From: Laetmonice hystrix
Lineage: Eukaryota
Length of the DNA stretch: 64,000 nt
Direction of reading: 5' to 3'
Assembly: GCA_965235115.1 (NCBI GenBank)
Contig: OZ249446.1
Span: 7,626,001-7,690,000, forward strand
Under the pieces are notes generated by a model. The model worked only from the letters and a program-made list of their open reading frames with translations, made no database searches and was not told where the DNA came from. The position numbers and the translations under genes are program-made. Below are positions 13,828-25,836 of this stretch, in pieces; position 1 is the stretch's first letter; every line of letters starts with the position of its first letter.

Positions 13828-14024
13828 GGGTGCGTTGCATAAAAAACCCCGCCCGTTAAATCCGCCGCTAACGGTCAGTTAACGGGACGTTGCGTTGCAT
13901 AATAAATTCCCACCCGCTAATGTTCCCGGTAACTGTTGTATTTTAACGGGCACCTAAAAGGTCCCCGCTGTTTTAACGGGACATTTTAACGGAGCGGGCG
14001 GGGATGTTTTTATGCAACGGGCCC
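13828..14024. mobile_element. PIF/Harbinger-like MITE, 197 bp
   Basis: Imperfect TIR of about 29 bp (GGGTGCGTTGCATAAAAAACCCCGCCCG / CGGGCGGGGATGTTTTTATGCAACGGGCCC), flanked by a 3-bp CAG duplication (13825-27, 14025-27). Confidence 0.75.
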
Positions 14025-15033
14025 CAGAGATAGGATAGATTAATTGGGGAAATGTATTTATTGATTTATCCGTGGTGTATCGTCGGGAACCCATAGAGGG
14101 GATGCCTTAAGTTTAACCCATACTTTTATTTTTCCTAAATTGAGGGCTTTAGTACATTCGGAACTGGAAGCTCGCATTTTTCTTTCTCTTTTTTTTTCAT
14201 TTTGCGAAGAATAATTAGCAGTGGATGTACCCATTGTGAAATTAAATAAGGAATCATTTGGTGTGTGATAAAGGAAGACTTTATCAGTCGTTTTGGGAAA
14301 AGAATGGTTAAGTGACAAACGAGCTGTAGAAGTACCTTTTTTTGTTGTTATTGTACAAGTACAAGTGAAAAACACGGCTGGTATATCATAGGTTGGTGAA
14401 TTTCAACTGTCAGATTTCAACTTGAGTGGGCGTCTCTTGTTGTCAAAGCTTCAGAACGTTCTCCCTCAAAATCTGTTTCATCTCTGTGATAAAAAGTCAT
14501 TTTGAAAGGCTTAAGCCTGCTGGAATAAAGGTTAGGGTCACCCTGAGCCCGCACTGTGGCTCTGGGCGGTGGTAATATTGACCCAAGGTCGAAGTTTTAA
14601 ACAATGAAACGCTTTGTTTTGTTGTCACTGAGGGTCAGAAGAGTTCCGTCCGGGCCAAGGGATGCCATTCTTGTCTTAAACCGGAGGATGGCAGTTTGAT
14701 CCCCTGGCCTCGTGGCCAGGCTGTTTGAATTGTTAAGGCGTCCTGTCAGTCAGCATGGCTGGCAGGATGACAGCTGAAGAAAGGCAGTACTGATGACCCT
14801 TGCCAGTAAAACTAACCGCGCTTAAAGCAAAGAAATCTGTACAGCATTCGCCCTCTGGAGACAGCGATTTATTCTGGGTAGGCATGTAAGATAATATCCG
14901 GATCAGGTTAATTCAGAAACAAAGAACTTCGTATTTTGTCATTCTCGGTCACGTGACCTTAGCACCATTCCGTGTGTGAAAAGATGGCAATTGGTAGCAT
15001 CCTTTTCACCCGTGTTATGTTTTATTTCTTGCA

Positions 15034-15065
15034 GGTATGTCATGACCGTCAGGCTAACTTCAACA
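15034..15065 (+). other. Exon-like 32-nt segment whose 5' end is a composite acceptor/donor (candidate recursive splice site)
   Basis: ccttttcacccgtgttatgtttatttcttgcag|GTATGT..., with a second donor cag|gtaggc at 15066. Confidence 0.35.
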
Positions 15066-16369
15066 GGTAGGCTTTAAAGCGCATTGAGTCCATGATTTTT
15101 GGAAGAATGAGCGAGTGAGTGAGTGAGCAAGTGAGTAATTTGGTAATGCATTGTCATGTACTTGTACTTGTGCATGTACGGCAAGGGCCGGTAACAGTGA
15201 TCAGCTGCAAGCTGATGATTTTTGGTTTTGTCTATCTGAGTTTGAATTCCGTCCCTTCCATGTATGAAAGGGGTGTCGGTTCATTGCTGCAGGTTTGTGA
15301 GTTTACTTTGAGCCTCCGGTTGCCTCCACAAGTCACACTGATTGCTTCGTTATGACCTGAGGTGTAAAGCACTATAGATACTTCATACGCCTGTAATATA
15401 CGCCTGTCAAGTAATATTTGAGTTAGAAGGGTATTTATTAGAAAAAGATTGTCTCTATTCTTGGAACAAATTAAATGAATAAACCATGCATGGCACCTTT
15501 GATGTCATTTTGACTAATCATGCCCGTTTCAATACGTGAGATGGGCTTATAATAATTGCAAAATTTGGCACCTTGCAGCTTGCGAAAATATTTTTTTAAC
15601 GTTAATTTTGACATAAACGCCAGTCTATTTCTTTATCCAGTAGACAAGCTATAATAAGCCGACCCGATCACATTGCTGAGCTCTGATTACGTAACCTCAG
15701 CGGTTATTATGGGAGACCGGAGGACGTGAGAGACCGCAGAACAGGCGGATTGCGTTGTCCTGATCAGGTCTCCAAACTAGGTCGGTCTCCTCTGACAGTG
15801 GCGACTTGGATCAGACGGTGATATTGGTACGACTTATTGCATCAAACTCTCATCTGTGGTGCTGCGGCGCCGGCAACTTTCCTTTCCATGTAGATTTGAT
15901 TATCGATCGGCGATTTGAGAGCCCGGAATTTTGCTGTTTAGATGAGCTGTTTACCAACAGCCCCATCCACCTCTGATCATTCGGTATTGTCAGTGCAGAT
16001 TCGCCGATCCATTTTCTGATATCCACATCTGATGTAAAGAAACTTACAATCAACAAAACTAATTCAGCCTGTATCTTCTGGTGCAAATAAAAAAAGTTTC
16101 CCAGTAGTTGGCGTGGAGTTGCTCCTAGCTTATTGTAAGTCCCGCTCACAGTCGTAATGTTCTGGAAAAAATGAGCGTACAACAAAATTTGTTTCCTTTG
16201 ATAGTGACAATAGTTAATAGAGACTGAGAAGCAGTGTATTATTACATCTCGTGGAGAGGGCAGTGGTGGGTATTGACATCTGTGTGTTCCACCTCCCTCA
16301 GTCAGGCAGGCTCTTGTGATAACTGAAACACTTTGTGACAGTCCGTCCTTCTAAAACATGGCATTCTAA

Positions 16370-16900
16370 AGGCCCGGCCACACAGAGCCGACTACCCCCG
16401 ACCCGATGGTCTGGGGGAGTCGAGTCGGGGGTAGTCGGCCCTGTCTGGCATGGTCAGTCGGCCGTAGTCGGGTGTTTTTCACCGACTGACCAGTCCGGTC
16501 GTTCATCTTGTCCTGCACAAGATGAGCGACCAAACGGTTTGGTCTGGTCGGGCCTAGTCGGGCCTGTGTGGCATACCTACCGACCAGACTCAACAGTCGG
16601 GCTGCTTACCAGCCAATCACAGCGCGCACCATACAAACGCTACTCCCAAGATACCCTGCGAGCGGGACAACACAAGCAACATGGCGGAGTGGGAACTACC
16701 GCTAGGGGAATGAATAGTTACAATAGTATATACTGGTCACGAGTGGTGTCGCTAGTGTGGCATCCCACTCCCGACTTTTGGATCGCATTCAGTGTGGCAT
16801 GGTTGGGCATATATCAGACTGACTGAGTAGTTGGCCGATTTGGACTCCCCGGGCCTCCGACCATCGGGTTGGGGGTAGTCGGCTCTGTGTGGCCGGGCCT
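16370..16900. mobile_element. PIF/Harbinger-like (Tourist-type) MITE, 531 bp
   Basis: 42-bp TIR AGGCCCGGCCACACAGAGCCGACTACCCCCGACCCGATGGTC matches 41/42. TAA duplication at 16367-69 and 16901-03. Many internal GTCGG/CCGAC sub-repeats. Confidence 0.88.
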
Positions 16901-18382
16901 TAACATGCATGGTTGGAATGGATTCCGTGCCCGGACCTCGGCTCTCACTGACGTCACTGATATCCCGTCATACAATGCTTGAGAAACACTGCAGTATGGT
17001 ACCAGAAACACGCTATGACAGTAGAATCTCTTATTGAGGTCAGATGGAAGTAACACTCTCACCCACACTCGGTAGTAGTAGGGCGGGTTATATGTAGCAA
17101 AACCAACTAGTCAATCAAATACACGGTTTTACCTAACACTATTTTACATTTTACTGGGGGTTTCTTATGATAAGTCTTTTGTAACTGTTGTTTATATTTG
17201 AAAACTAAAATTGGTTAACCCTCCTGCGATTCGTTTTTTACAGACAAAGCTTCGGCTACTTAACTCCTTGTTAGTTGCTCAATAATGACAAAGTGGCATT
17301 AATGAAAATAAGCCCCCAGATGGACGTTAGATGTTGGACTTAAAAACAGAACTTGCTAATTATTTCCAATAAATTAATTAATGCCTGGAAAATTCGCCTG
17401 ATGATTGGCAGTAGCCTGGAGCTGTTGATGCAGTTTGAGCAAACGTAGCCATGGGCTTCGTGAAAATTCCCATTGATTGCAATGTGTGGTATGGTAATTA
17501 CTAGTGACTGCAGCAAACATGGGAAATTTCTGGTTCAGTACTGCGTGAAAAATGCTCTTGAGACCATGTCACAGCAACTTCCTGGTTTTAGTCATGATAG
17601 ATTAACAATTACGCCTGTCTATCAGGTAAAACCTTCAATGGTAATAGCAGCGATAGAAAATTCATCTCAAAAGTTTATGCTGGCAGTCATACGATCTTTT
17701 GTCCATGTTCAACATTCCCTTGTCAGTTGAAAATCCCCAGGTTATCTTTCTGCAGTTAACAAAAATGGTTTCGGTGTGACCTTTGGTAGATTTATATTTC
17801 CAGCATTTATTGTGCGAGTGCCGCGTCAAAAGTACTAAAGGGATAATTGAGAGGGGCATTGAAAATTTGATTGAATTCTCGGTTTCCCAGCCTTGAAATT
17901 GGACATTTTTATGGCAAGTGGCCCAGCTGCTGCTGAAAGACTCATGTCGAGAACAATTACAGCTGAGTCAGTTGTGAATAAGGCATTCCGATTCCAATAC
18001 GATCTGCAGACCTCGGAGAATATTCAGCGGTTTTTAATGCCTGCGACAGAATAATGTCAATCATCATTAAAGGAATGTGAAAATTTGAGTTGTAAGAGGG
18101 GAAATGAAGGTTTTGCTCTCTATCGGCTATCATAAACCTTCTTTGTCCGGAGAATTCAATCTTTGAAACTTGTTCTGCCTCTTTTTTTTTCTGATGGAGT
18201 CTCTTGCTCCCCGTGGGAAAGGGGAACAGGGAGAAAGAGTAACAGCATAGATACTTGTCTTAATACAACCTTCCCGGGACACGGGTTACCCCCCGGTAAT
18301 CTGACAGGGGGGTAATTTGAAATTGGGACACCGGGCCTATACGGGTGGCTGGCATGATCACCTAGGAGATTACACTTGGGAT

Positions 18383-18787
18383 TAGTCGACTTAGACCTGC
18401 TCTGTTCCTGGGTCCACCTCAGACATCAGACCTGGGATATAGCCGACCTAGGACTGCTCTGTTCGTGGGTCGACATCAGACCTGGGATATAGCCGACCTA
18501 GGACTGCTCTGTTCGTGGGTCGACATCAGACCTGGGATATAGCCGACCTAGGACTGCTCTGTTCGTGGGTCGACATCAGACCTGGGATATAGCCGACCTA
18601 GGCCTGCTCTGTTCCTGGGTCGACATCAGACCTGGGATATAGCCGACCTAAGCCTGCTGTGTTCCTGGGTCCACCTCAGACATCAGACCTGGAATATAGC
18701 CGTCCTAAGCCTCCACCTCAGACATCAGATCTGGGATATAGCCGACTTAGACTTGCTCTGTTGCCGGGTCCACTTCAGACTTGGGAT
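18383..18787. repeat. 50-bp minisatellite, about 7-8 copies, degenerate at both edges
   Basis: Unit GACATCAGACCTGGGATATAGCCGACCTAGGACTGCTCTGTTCGTGGGTC, near-perfect in the centre. Confidence 0.92.
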
Positions 18788-21700
18788 GTGATAGATTCTA
18801 TTCTATCTGTAAAATATTTGAAAATGATATTTTCTTTTTTCTTCTTCTTTTTCTTCTTTTTAAAGGGCCTCGCTCTGATGTGGCTTGCCACTGACAAATC
18901 TACGCAAGGAAGGGGGGGGGACTATTGGATGCTGACCTTTACAAAGTGAGCGTGGTCTGTTTCGGGTATGACATGGAGATGGCTACTTTATCCAGGCTAG
19001 GACCATGCTCAGTGCGGACCTTTATCCATGAATGGTGGTTTGTTCAGGGTGGGATCAGTTGATTTTGATGACCAAAGTCATCGGTAGATGAGAAGATGGA
19101 GGGTAATACGGACCAGTGGTTGTGGGCCCGAGCTGTGATTGCTGCATGCTGATGGCATTCTACACCGGACAGAGATCACAAGCTGGGTGCCATTTATATG
19201 TTGACGGTTGAATTAACCTGCCCAGTCTGGGCGGCTGATGAGAGGCCTGGCCATCAGGGCTCGAGTTGAGACCGCTGCCCTCTCCGTGCAGGCATTTATC
19301 CCCGGAATGTGCGGCCATTGCCGATCACAGACGGGATTTGTATGCCGGTCTGTCTCGGGAGGGCTGGCTTCCACGGGTCTCTTTGAAATTATTCGGCTAG
19401 CTATTTCAAATGTCAGCCGACTAGCAGGCATGAAAGCCCCATTGACACAGGACTGAGCTAACCCCAAAGCCTGGCAAAATTCATGAATGGCTGCTATAGC
19501 CGCAGATAAGAGACTGACTCGCTCATTTAAAGTTTTGGGCCTAGAAACTTTCTTCAATCAATTGTAATCGGACATTATATGGAATGTAATTTCAAAGTTA
19601 TTGGAATATATGGTCTTGCATTTCTTTGGTTAACACGATCGTATGTCTATTATAGACATGCTTCGGGGTACATGTATATTGATCAATATTTCTCATTTAT
19701 GGTAGTATTTTAATTACCAATATCAGTCAGACAATTACTATAAGGCAAACCTGGACCTGGATTTCTATACAAGTGTGGGCTTGGATGGTACCTTTAAACT
19801 ATGTGCCAGTTGCTTGAGATTACGGCCTTGACTGTACATGATGGGGTGAGGTATAGCTCCAGTAGTCAAGCAAGACATGAAGTTCTGACGTCCCGCGGGG
19901 ATTTCAGAGGTATATGTCAGGGTAGGGCCGCGCAGTGGAAAGACTGACACGAATGCCAACTAACCGGACTTGAATTCTCGCCCGTTTTCGCTGTAGTATT
20001 GTAACGATTAGCTCGGCTTTTATATCGGGTATGTAAAGTGAAAGGTAGTTGATAAGAGCAAAAGAAAATTTTTGGAGTTTGGTGAAATTCATTTTAAAAG
20101 AGATTTACAAGATTAAGTTGGGAAAGATTGGTCAGTTCCTCTTTTATAGAGTTAACTTGAATAGGAGAACGGACAGTTGTTTTCCAGCAAGCACCCCTTT
20201 AAATAGATTTCGTAGAAAAGTTAGGATGTACATTGTATTACATCTAGACCTACTATGTCATCTGCATCTAAATAGATTAACGTTTCTCGTGAAGTTGTGA
20301 TGTTGGAATGGTAAACGAGTCTCAGTCGGTTCAGACTGTTCGGCCTGGTGATCACGCTGTTGGGAGTTTGAACACTCAGGGGGCCGTTTTCACAGGAACC
20401 GTGTCATAAAAACACTCAGCATAGCAAAGTAAGACGTGTGCGGCATGTAATTAACAGGCGGAATGTATTGTTATACATGCAGGGAGGATGACCAATGGCG
20501 ACAACTACTCTACAGTTGACAACTTGTTAATGTGCCATGCCCACAGCCAGTGATTCAAACATGTTAATGTACCGTGCCCATGCACAGCCAGCGGCTTGAA
20601 GCGATAGCCTCGGAGTGACAGCTGTATGTTTAGAGGTCAGATGGACCTTGTAACGTGGGAGTAAATTACTATAAGGAAACAACGGGACAGCAGGACATAC
20701 CTGTAATTCAGGAACATACAAATTGACACCATTTACATGTACACGGTTCGAGGGAGTTCCGGTGAATATCTAATAACGTTCGTTGACAGGAGAATGTGAG
20801 CCCGATTTAGGGCTGGTGTAAGGTTTGTGGCAGACCGCCGACAACTTGACACATCAGTCACCTGGAAAAATGTCCTTATCTAGAAATAAAAAGAGAGATT
20901 TATGAATAGTCTCAGCAGGACCAACCTTTCTTTAATCCGCATGTCTTTGGAAAGTCCTATGTTAGCATCGATTTATGTTAACTAAGTAAAGTGTGTGGTT
21001 GAGATCATTAGATGTATGATCCATGCAGTGGCCCGGCCGACGAATGACAACAGGGCTTGGACCATGGAGTTATAGCATTATCTCTGACAGTGGCTGCTTC
21101 ACCTTGCGTGTCACTCCTGTTGTCACCGCTAGGGCTCCTCCTCGCTATCCTTATTAGCGCATCACTCACAGTTCGTTATCTGCTGTGATTATCTCGGCTT
21201 CTCGACCGGGCAAGATCTCTACCGCAGGAACACTGGCGAGGTGATTCCATTCGTGTCAGGACCTCTGGTATTGATCAACTCGTGCCGTTGTCTTTGGGCA
21301 GGACGGGACGGTCCACTACGCACCGGTTAACCCGGGCCATGCAGCCTGCCCCCCCCCCCCTGGGTGTCATGGACTGGTCCGGGTGTCTGCATACCTTTCT
21401 CACCTTCGATCATTCCGAATGGATCATTTTGTATCCCATCATTGCAAGAGTAAAACGCCTTACATCATAATATTGCAACTCCTCGCCAGATTTATCGAAC
21501 GAAGTGTTGTAATGGTTGTAGTTTGATCTCAGGCTATGGATTCCGAAACTTTCGAGTAAACTTTAAAAGATTGAAATACCTGTAAAATTGAAAGCAATCG
21601 TTTCTTTGGATTCGAGTACATGTACCTTATTTTTTATATATTCAGAAGCCATTAATGATAATGTGACCGGGAAAACGGACTTTTTAAGCATAAGCATAAG

Positions 21701-21867
21701 CATGGGCGTCGCTAGGATTTTTCCCATGGGGGCACACGCTAGGATTTCCCCCCCCCCCCGGGGGGGGGGGACACAACCTGATATGGAGGGTGGAGCCAAT
21801 CGCATTGGCGTTTTACGTTATGTTCCGCCTCCTCCCCCCCCCTCCCCCCTCCCCCGCGACGCCCATG
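21701..21867. mobile_element. hAT-like MITE, 167 bp
   Basis: Perfect 12-bp TIR CATGGGCGTCGC / GCGACGCCCATG. Flanking 8-mers AGCATAAG / TCCATAAG match 6/8, consistent with an aged 8-bp TSD. Poly-C/poly-G interior. Confidence 0.7.
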
Positions 21868-22105
21868 TCCATAAGGTACCTTTAGTTCTGTGTGTAGTCG
21901 GAATTTAAAAGAGGATTGGATAGGAACTCGGGCAGTTTGATCGGCTTGGCGTGTTTGGCAGGCTCATTCCGATGTGGGTATCAGTGTCAGATTGGGTGTG
22001 TGTTTTAGCAGGTCGTTTCTGGGACCAGTGACCTGTGATCCGACTTGTCTGTCTGGACTCGCACTTCGATCTGTCACTCACCCCCAGCCTAGGTCGGTCA
22101 TAAAC

Positions 22106-22241
22106 CCTCCTTCTCCGCCTGCTACTCCTGCTGCTGCTACTCCTCCTGCTACTCCTCCTGCTGCTACTCCTCCTGCTGCTGCTACTCCTCCTGCTGCTGC
22201 TACTCATCCCATTCCTCCTCCTGCTCCTCCTCCTGCTCCTC
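22106..22241. repeat. Compound CCT/GCT/ACT triplet repeat within a GC-rich block
   Basis: Variants of (CCTCCTGCTGCTACT)n. It explains the Pro/Ala/Thr run in ORF 21974..22567. Confidence 0.85.
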
Positions 22242-25200
22242 ACGTGGAGCCGTGTCGTCCCCATCTGTTGAGACAGGCACGTGTTCCTCCTCAGTGCGGG
22301 CCTCCTGCCACCCCTGCCGGGGAGGGAATGGGCCGGCCCGCGGCTAGGGGATCTCCGCTGTGGTCGCAGTCGCCGTCCTTGTGTAGTGGACAGCCACTAT
22401 GTCATGTAGTGGGAATACCGCGTCTGGGATCACATCTGCTGATCAATGTTTGTCTCCACAACTTTACCCGTAAACGTCCACGCTCCTCGGAAATTAACCT
22501 GTCAGGTGGGAGGAGCGACCGGCGAGGCTGGCTAGCTTGGCGAGGTGAGCTTACTAGGATTTTGTAGCGGGGATGGTTGCATGATGATGATGCTGGTCGG
22601 TAAGTGTGTGGAGGATCCATCCCCGGCATCAGGGCGGAGACCGGCCGGGAGGCGGGGAGTGACGCGGAGACCGGGCCGTTAGAGCCTGGAGGTCCGGGAG
22701 GCAGCAGATGAGGAGGCGGAGGCCCCCGCCTCTGTCTCTCTCTCCTTCTCCTCCTGACCCGCTGACTCCGCAGGTCGCGGCAGCAGCAGGTGCCCGGCTC
22801 GTGACAGGTGCTGCTTGGACGTCCGGTCTAATCTTTCAATTTGTCCCCATCATGTATCATTAGGGAATAGGTGACCGTGGTGGCGAGGACCATAGCAGAC
22901 CAATTATCAGCAGCTGATAATAGGGGAGAGGTCAGGACAAAGGTAACAGTGGGTACGACTCTTTCATCCCTTTTTAATCTGGAGGAGTGGTTTTCAGAGT
23001 ATTGTTTATACCGCGTCTCGACTTGACAGAAGCTTGTGCCCTCCACCATCGCCTTGAGATCGGATCGCCTGCAGTGAATCCAAGAATCGCATCAGCTGTG
23101 TAAGCACTAACTCGGTCGTCATATTAGGTCAGGTCATTCCAGTCAGGTCTTGGAGTCGGCATTAGTGTGGGTTCCATCTTTATCAGATCAAGATAGAGTT
23201 TGACAGTCAGCTCACGAGGCGTCAGAAAGCTCCTTCTATTGTCACCGGTGTACTAATGGAGACGCCTTAAATGTTCTTTGACCGATCAGGCGAGTTAATA
23301 GCTGGACCGTATCGGAGTAGGTGCCGGGTACGTATCTACTGGACGATAGTCGGTCACATGATCCAAGTATAGGGACGCTTCCTATGGTCATATACATATA
23401 CCATTAACAGATTCATGTCGGGTACCATACAGTAAAATAAAACCTGACAGCAAATTGTGTCGAGACATTGATATGAGAAGGGGAGGATATTGTTTCAAGG
23501 TGAAATTCGATCAGATCTCAGGTCATTTCTGGCCAGAACGATACGTAAACCGAAGAAAGAAATTTGAGGCCCACGGACTATTAATATATATGGCACGAGT
23601 TTGTAAAGACAATACCCAAGGAATAAACAATACACAGACGCCATAATATGATACGACTTTGTTTTGTGAAATGAAGGCGTTGAAAGAGCACGTTTCAGTT
23701 TGGGTAGTTAAGTTATTGGTGTCAGGTTAAGAAAAATGAAAAGCCCAAAGTGTCGCTAGGTTGCCATGGAAGCCTGAGCTGTACGTGGGTTAAATTGACA
23801 CGATGCACGTTATTCCAGCCTGTTGTGTACAGTGGTGCGGCCTACGTTTAAAACTGACGACTTGAAAACTGGAAAAGACAGAATCCTGATAAATCCTGTC
23901 GCTTAAGTCACGTTCGGGTGTTTGCAATAATGCAGTGGACAGTTTTTCATGTGAAAGCGTTGCTCATTTATCGCGATTAATTGGGTGTGTATCTTAACCT
24001 GTTTCTGCGCAGTTTTTCGGTCATCATTTATGATCCAATAAGGATGCATAAGATGCATCAGCTTTTGTCACACCAGATACCTTAAGGGGTGATAACTTGG
24101 ATGAAGATGCTATTTGATTTATATTTTGAAAAACCTTCGTCAATTATTCAGTTTGATCTTGTCTTCTCTTTGCGAGTCTAAAATGAGATCAGGTGTCGAG
24201 GATGTTTCTGTGAAAGTACCGTGGTATATGCTTTGGTTTTCTTCTCTCTCGCTCTCTCTTTTCTTTGTTGCTACCTTTAAACGTTTGTGGAGAAGAAGTT
24301 GATATCTTAATTCCTTGGTGCCATAACACGGTATATCCCAGTTAATGACAGGATTTATATTGATAGAGCTATTTCCATTAAAAGTATAATGTACCAAGCA
24401 AAGGCCCATTAGTTCAAATTTCTTTTAGGGGTTCACTGACATAAATAACATTTAACATCCATATCTTCCTTTAGATAGCCTGATAGAAACTAGCTATTCA
24501 TCATTTGTTGTTTCCGTGAAAGCCTGTGTAAAAGTAACGCCAGTCATGCATACAAAACACCATGATGAATTGGCCTGCAATCTTTATGATGAAACATCAC
24601 TTGCTTTCATCTCAAAAGTTGATTAGCAATGTGTAACATGATTAGGGACCCGCTATTGCTCTAAGATAATTGCAGTGAAAATTCAGCAACTGCATCCAGT
24701 GAAAGACGAAGAACCATTTTGGTTAAGTGGCACTAAACACTGTGAATGCAAGATGTCAGCCAAGCTGTTGTAGGTGACCTTTTACCTGGCATCTTGGTTT
24801 TGTCTCAGGTGTGGCCTGTTTATTGTGTTTTTATAGTGTCAACAGGAAAGAAGTCTTGTCTGAGTGTGTCGTTTTTTAATGATTTCGTCTTTATTTAGTC
24901 GAAAAACAACAACGTTAAATTTTTAAAATGAGATTCTAAGAAGCATTTAACTCCACATATTTCGTGTGTTTCCCTCAGGATTAACTCTCTTGTGAACAAT
25001 CAGAAACCCCTAGAATATATAAACCTGCCCTAACATTGCTTTCTTACCCTGATCTTTAACAGGTGCGCCGTTATTTTCCTGCAAACTAAATTATTCCTTG
25101 CTCAGATTATCCTTTCCTTTGTATTATATTAAACTTGAGGTCGCCGTTTATCTCCACTTAAGGTACATAAGCTAGCCGTGGAACGAGTTCTAAGCCATAT

Positions 25201-25754
25201 GAGGCATTATTGATAAAATTTGTAAGTTTATATTGATTTTGCTTTAAAAATTAAACGATTCTCTTCAGAGTTTCTAACCACCAATGAGTCTTTGATTTCC
25301 TTGGCAACTCTATCATCGCTTATCAAACTGTGATCGCCGTTCATGAAACGTTGTAACGATTACTTTTCGACCAGGTGGCCGTCTGAAAGGATTTATAGAT
25401 CCCTTCTATTGACGTGCTGGGTAGAATGTGGTTGATATATAGTGGAATGAGTACCCGGCACCACTTCATTATGAAGCAAGTTCGCTTAAAATTACCATGC
25501 CTCATAAATGTCACCATAATATGAGGGGAGACCTGCTAGTTAGGAGTTCAAGGTGTACTTGTTTATCCCTCAGTAGACATGGGTGACGGTATTTGTGAGC
25601 AATGAACGGTTGGTTCCTACAAGGACACATTACTGACTGATTCCCCGCCATTAGTGGTTGGTCAATGTGCTAACGACTAGAGTTTGTAACAGGCGTTAGG
25701 TAGTCTGAACGTCAGGAGTTGCCCTCGTTTGGAAGGTCACGACATAATGGTGTG

Positions 25755-25836
25755 TGACGTCACGATAGGTTGTTTCTGACGTCACGAATGAGTGCACACT
25801 GTTTACGACGTCGTGAGTGGCAGGTTTGTAACGTCA
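25755..25836. promoter_or_regulatory. Cluster of CRE-like TGACGTCA motifs
   Basis: TGACGTCA at 25755 and 25777, CGACGTCG at 25806, TAACGTCA at 25829. May be sub-repeats of a decayed MITE. Confidence 0.3.

Noticed and set aside
17470-17900. Possible ancient LINE RT on the minus strand (KGHTET...MDKRSYDCQHKLL...FYLIDRR)
   Set aside because: The motifs are in the right order but each is poorly matched, spacings are consistently too short, and there is no YADD. It needs a profile search.
18383-18787. Hammerhead-like CTGATGT...GAAC on the minus strand of the 50-bp unit; also CTGACGA in the 46-bp unit and isolated CTGATGA at about 14788, 19236, 28535, 57493 (minus) and 58791
   Set aside because: None combines CUGANGA, stem II, GAAA and matching stems I and III.
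19213-19557. ORF with LSAAIAAIHE, resembling the N-terminal SAM-like domain of YRs
   Set aside because: A single short motif with no catalytic domain nearby.
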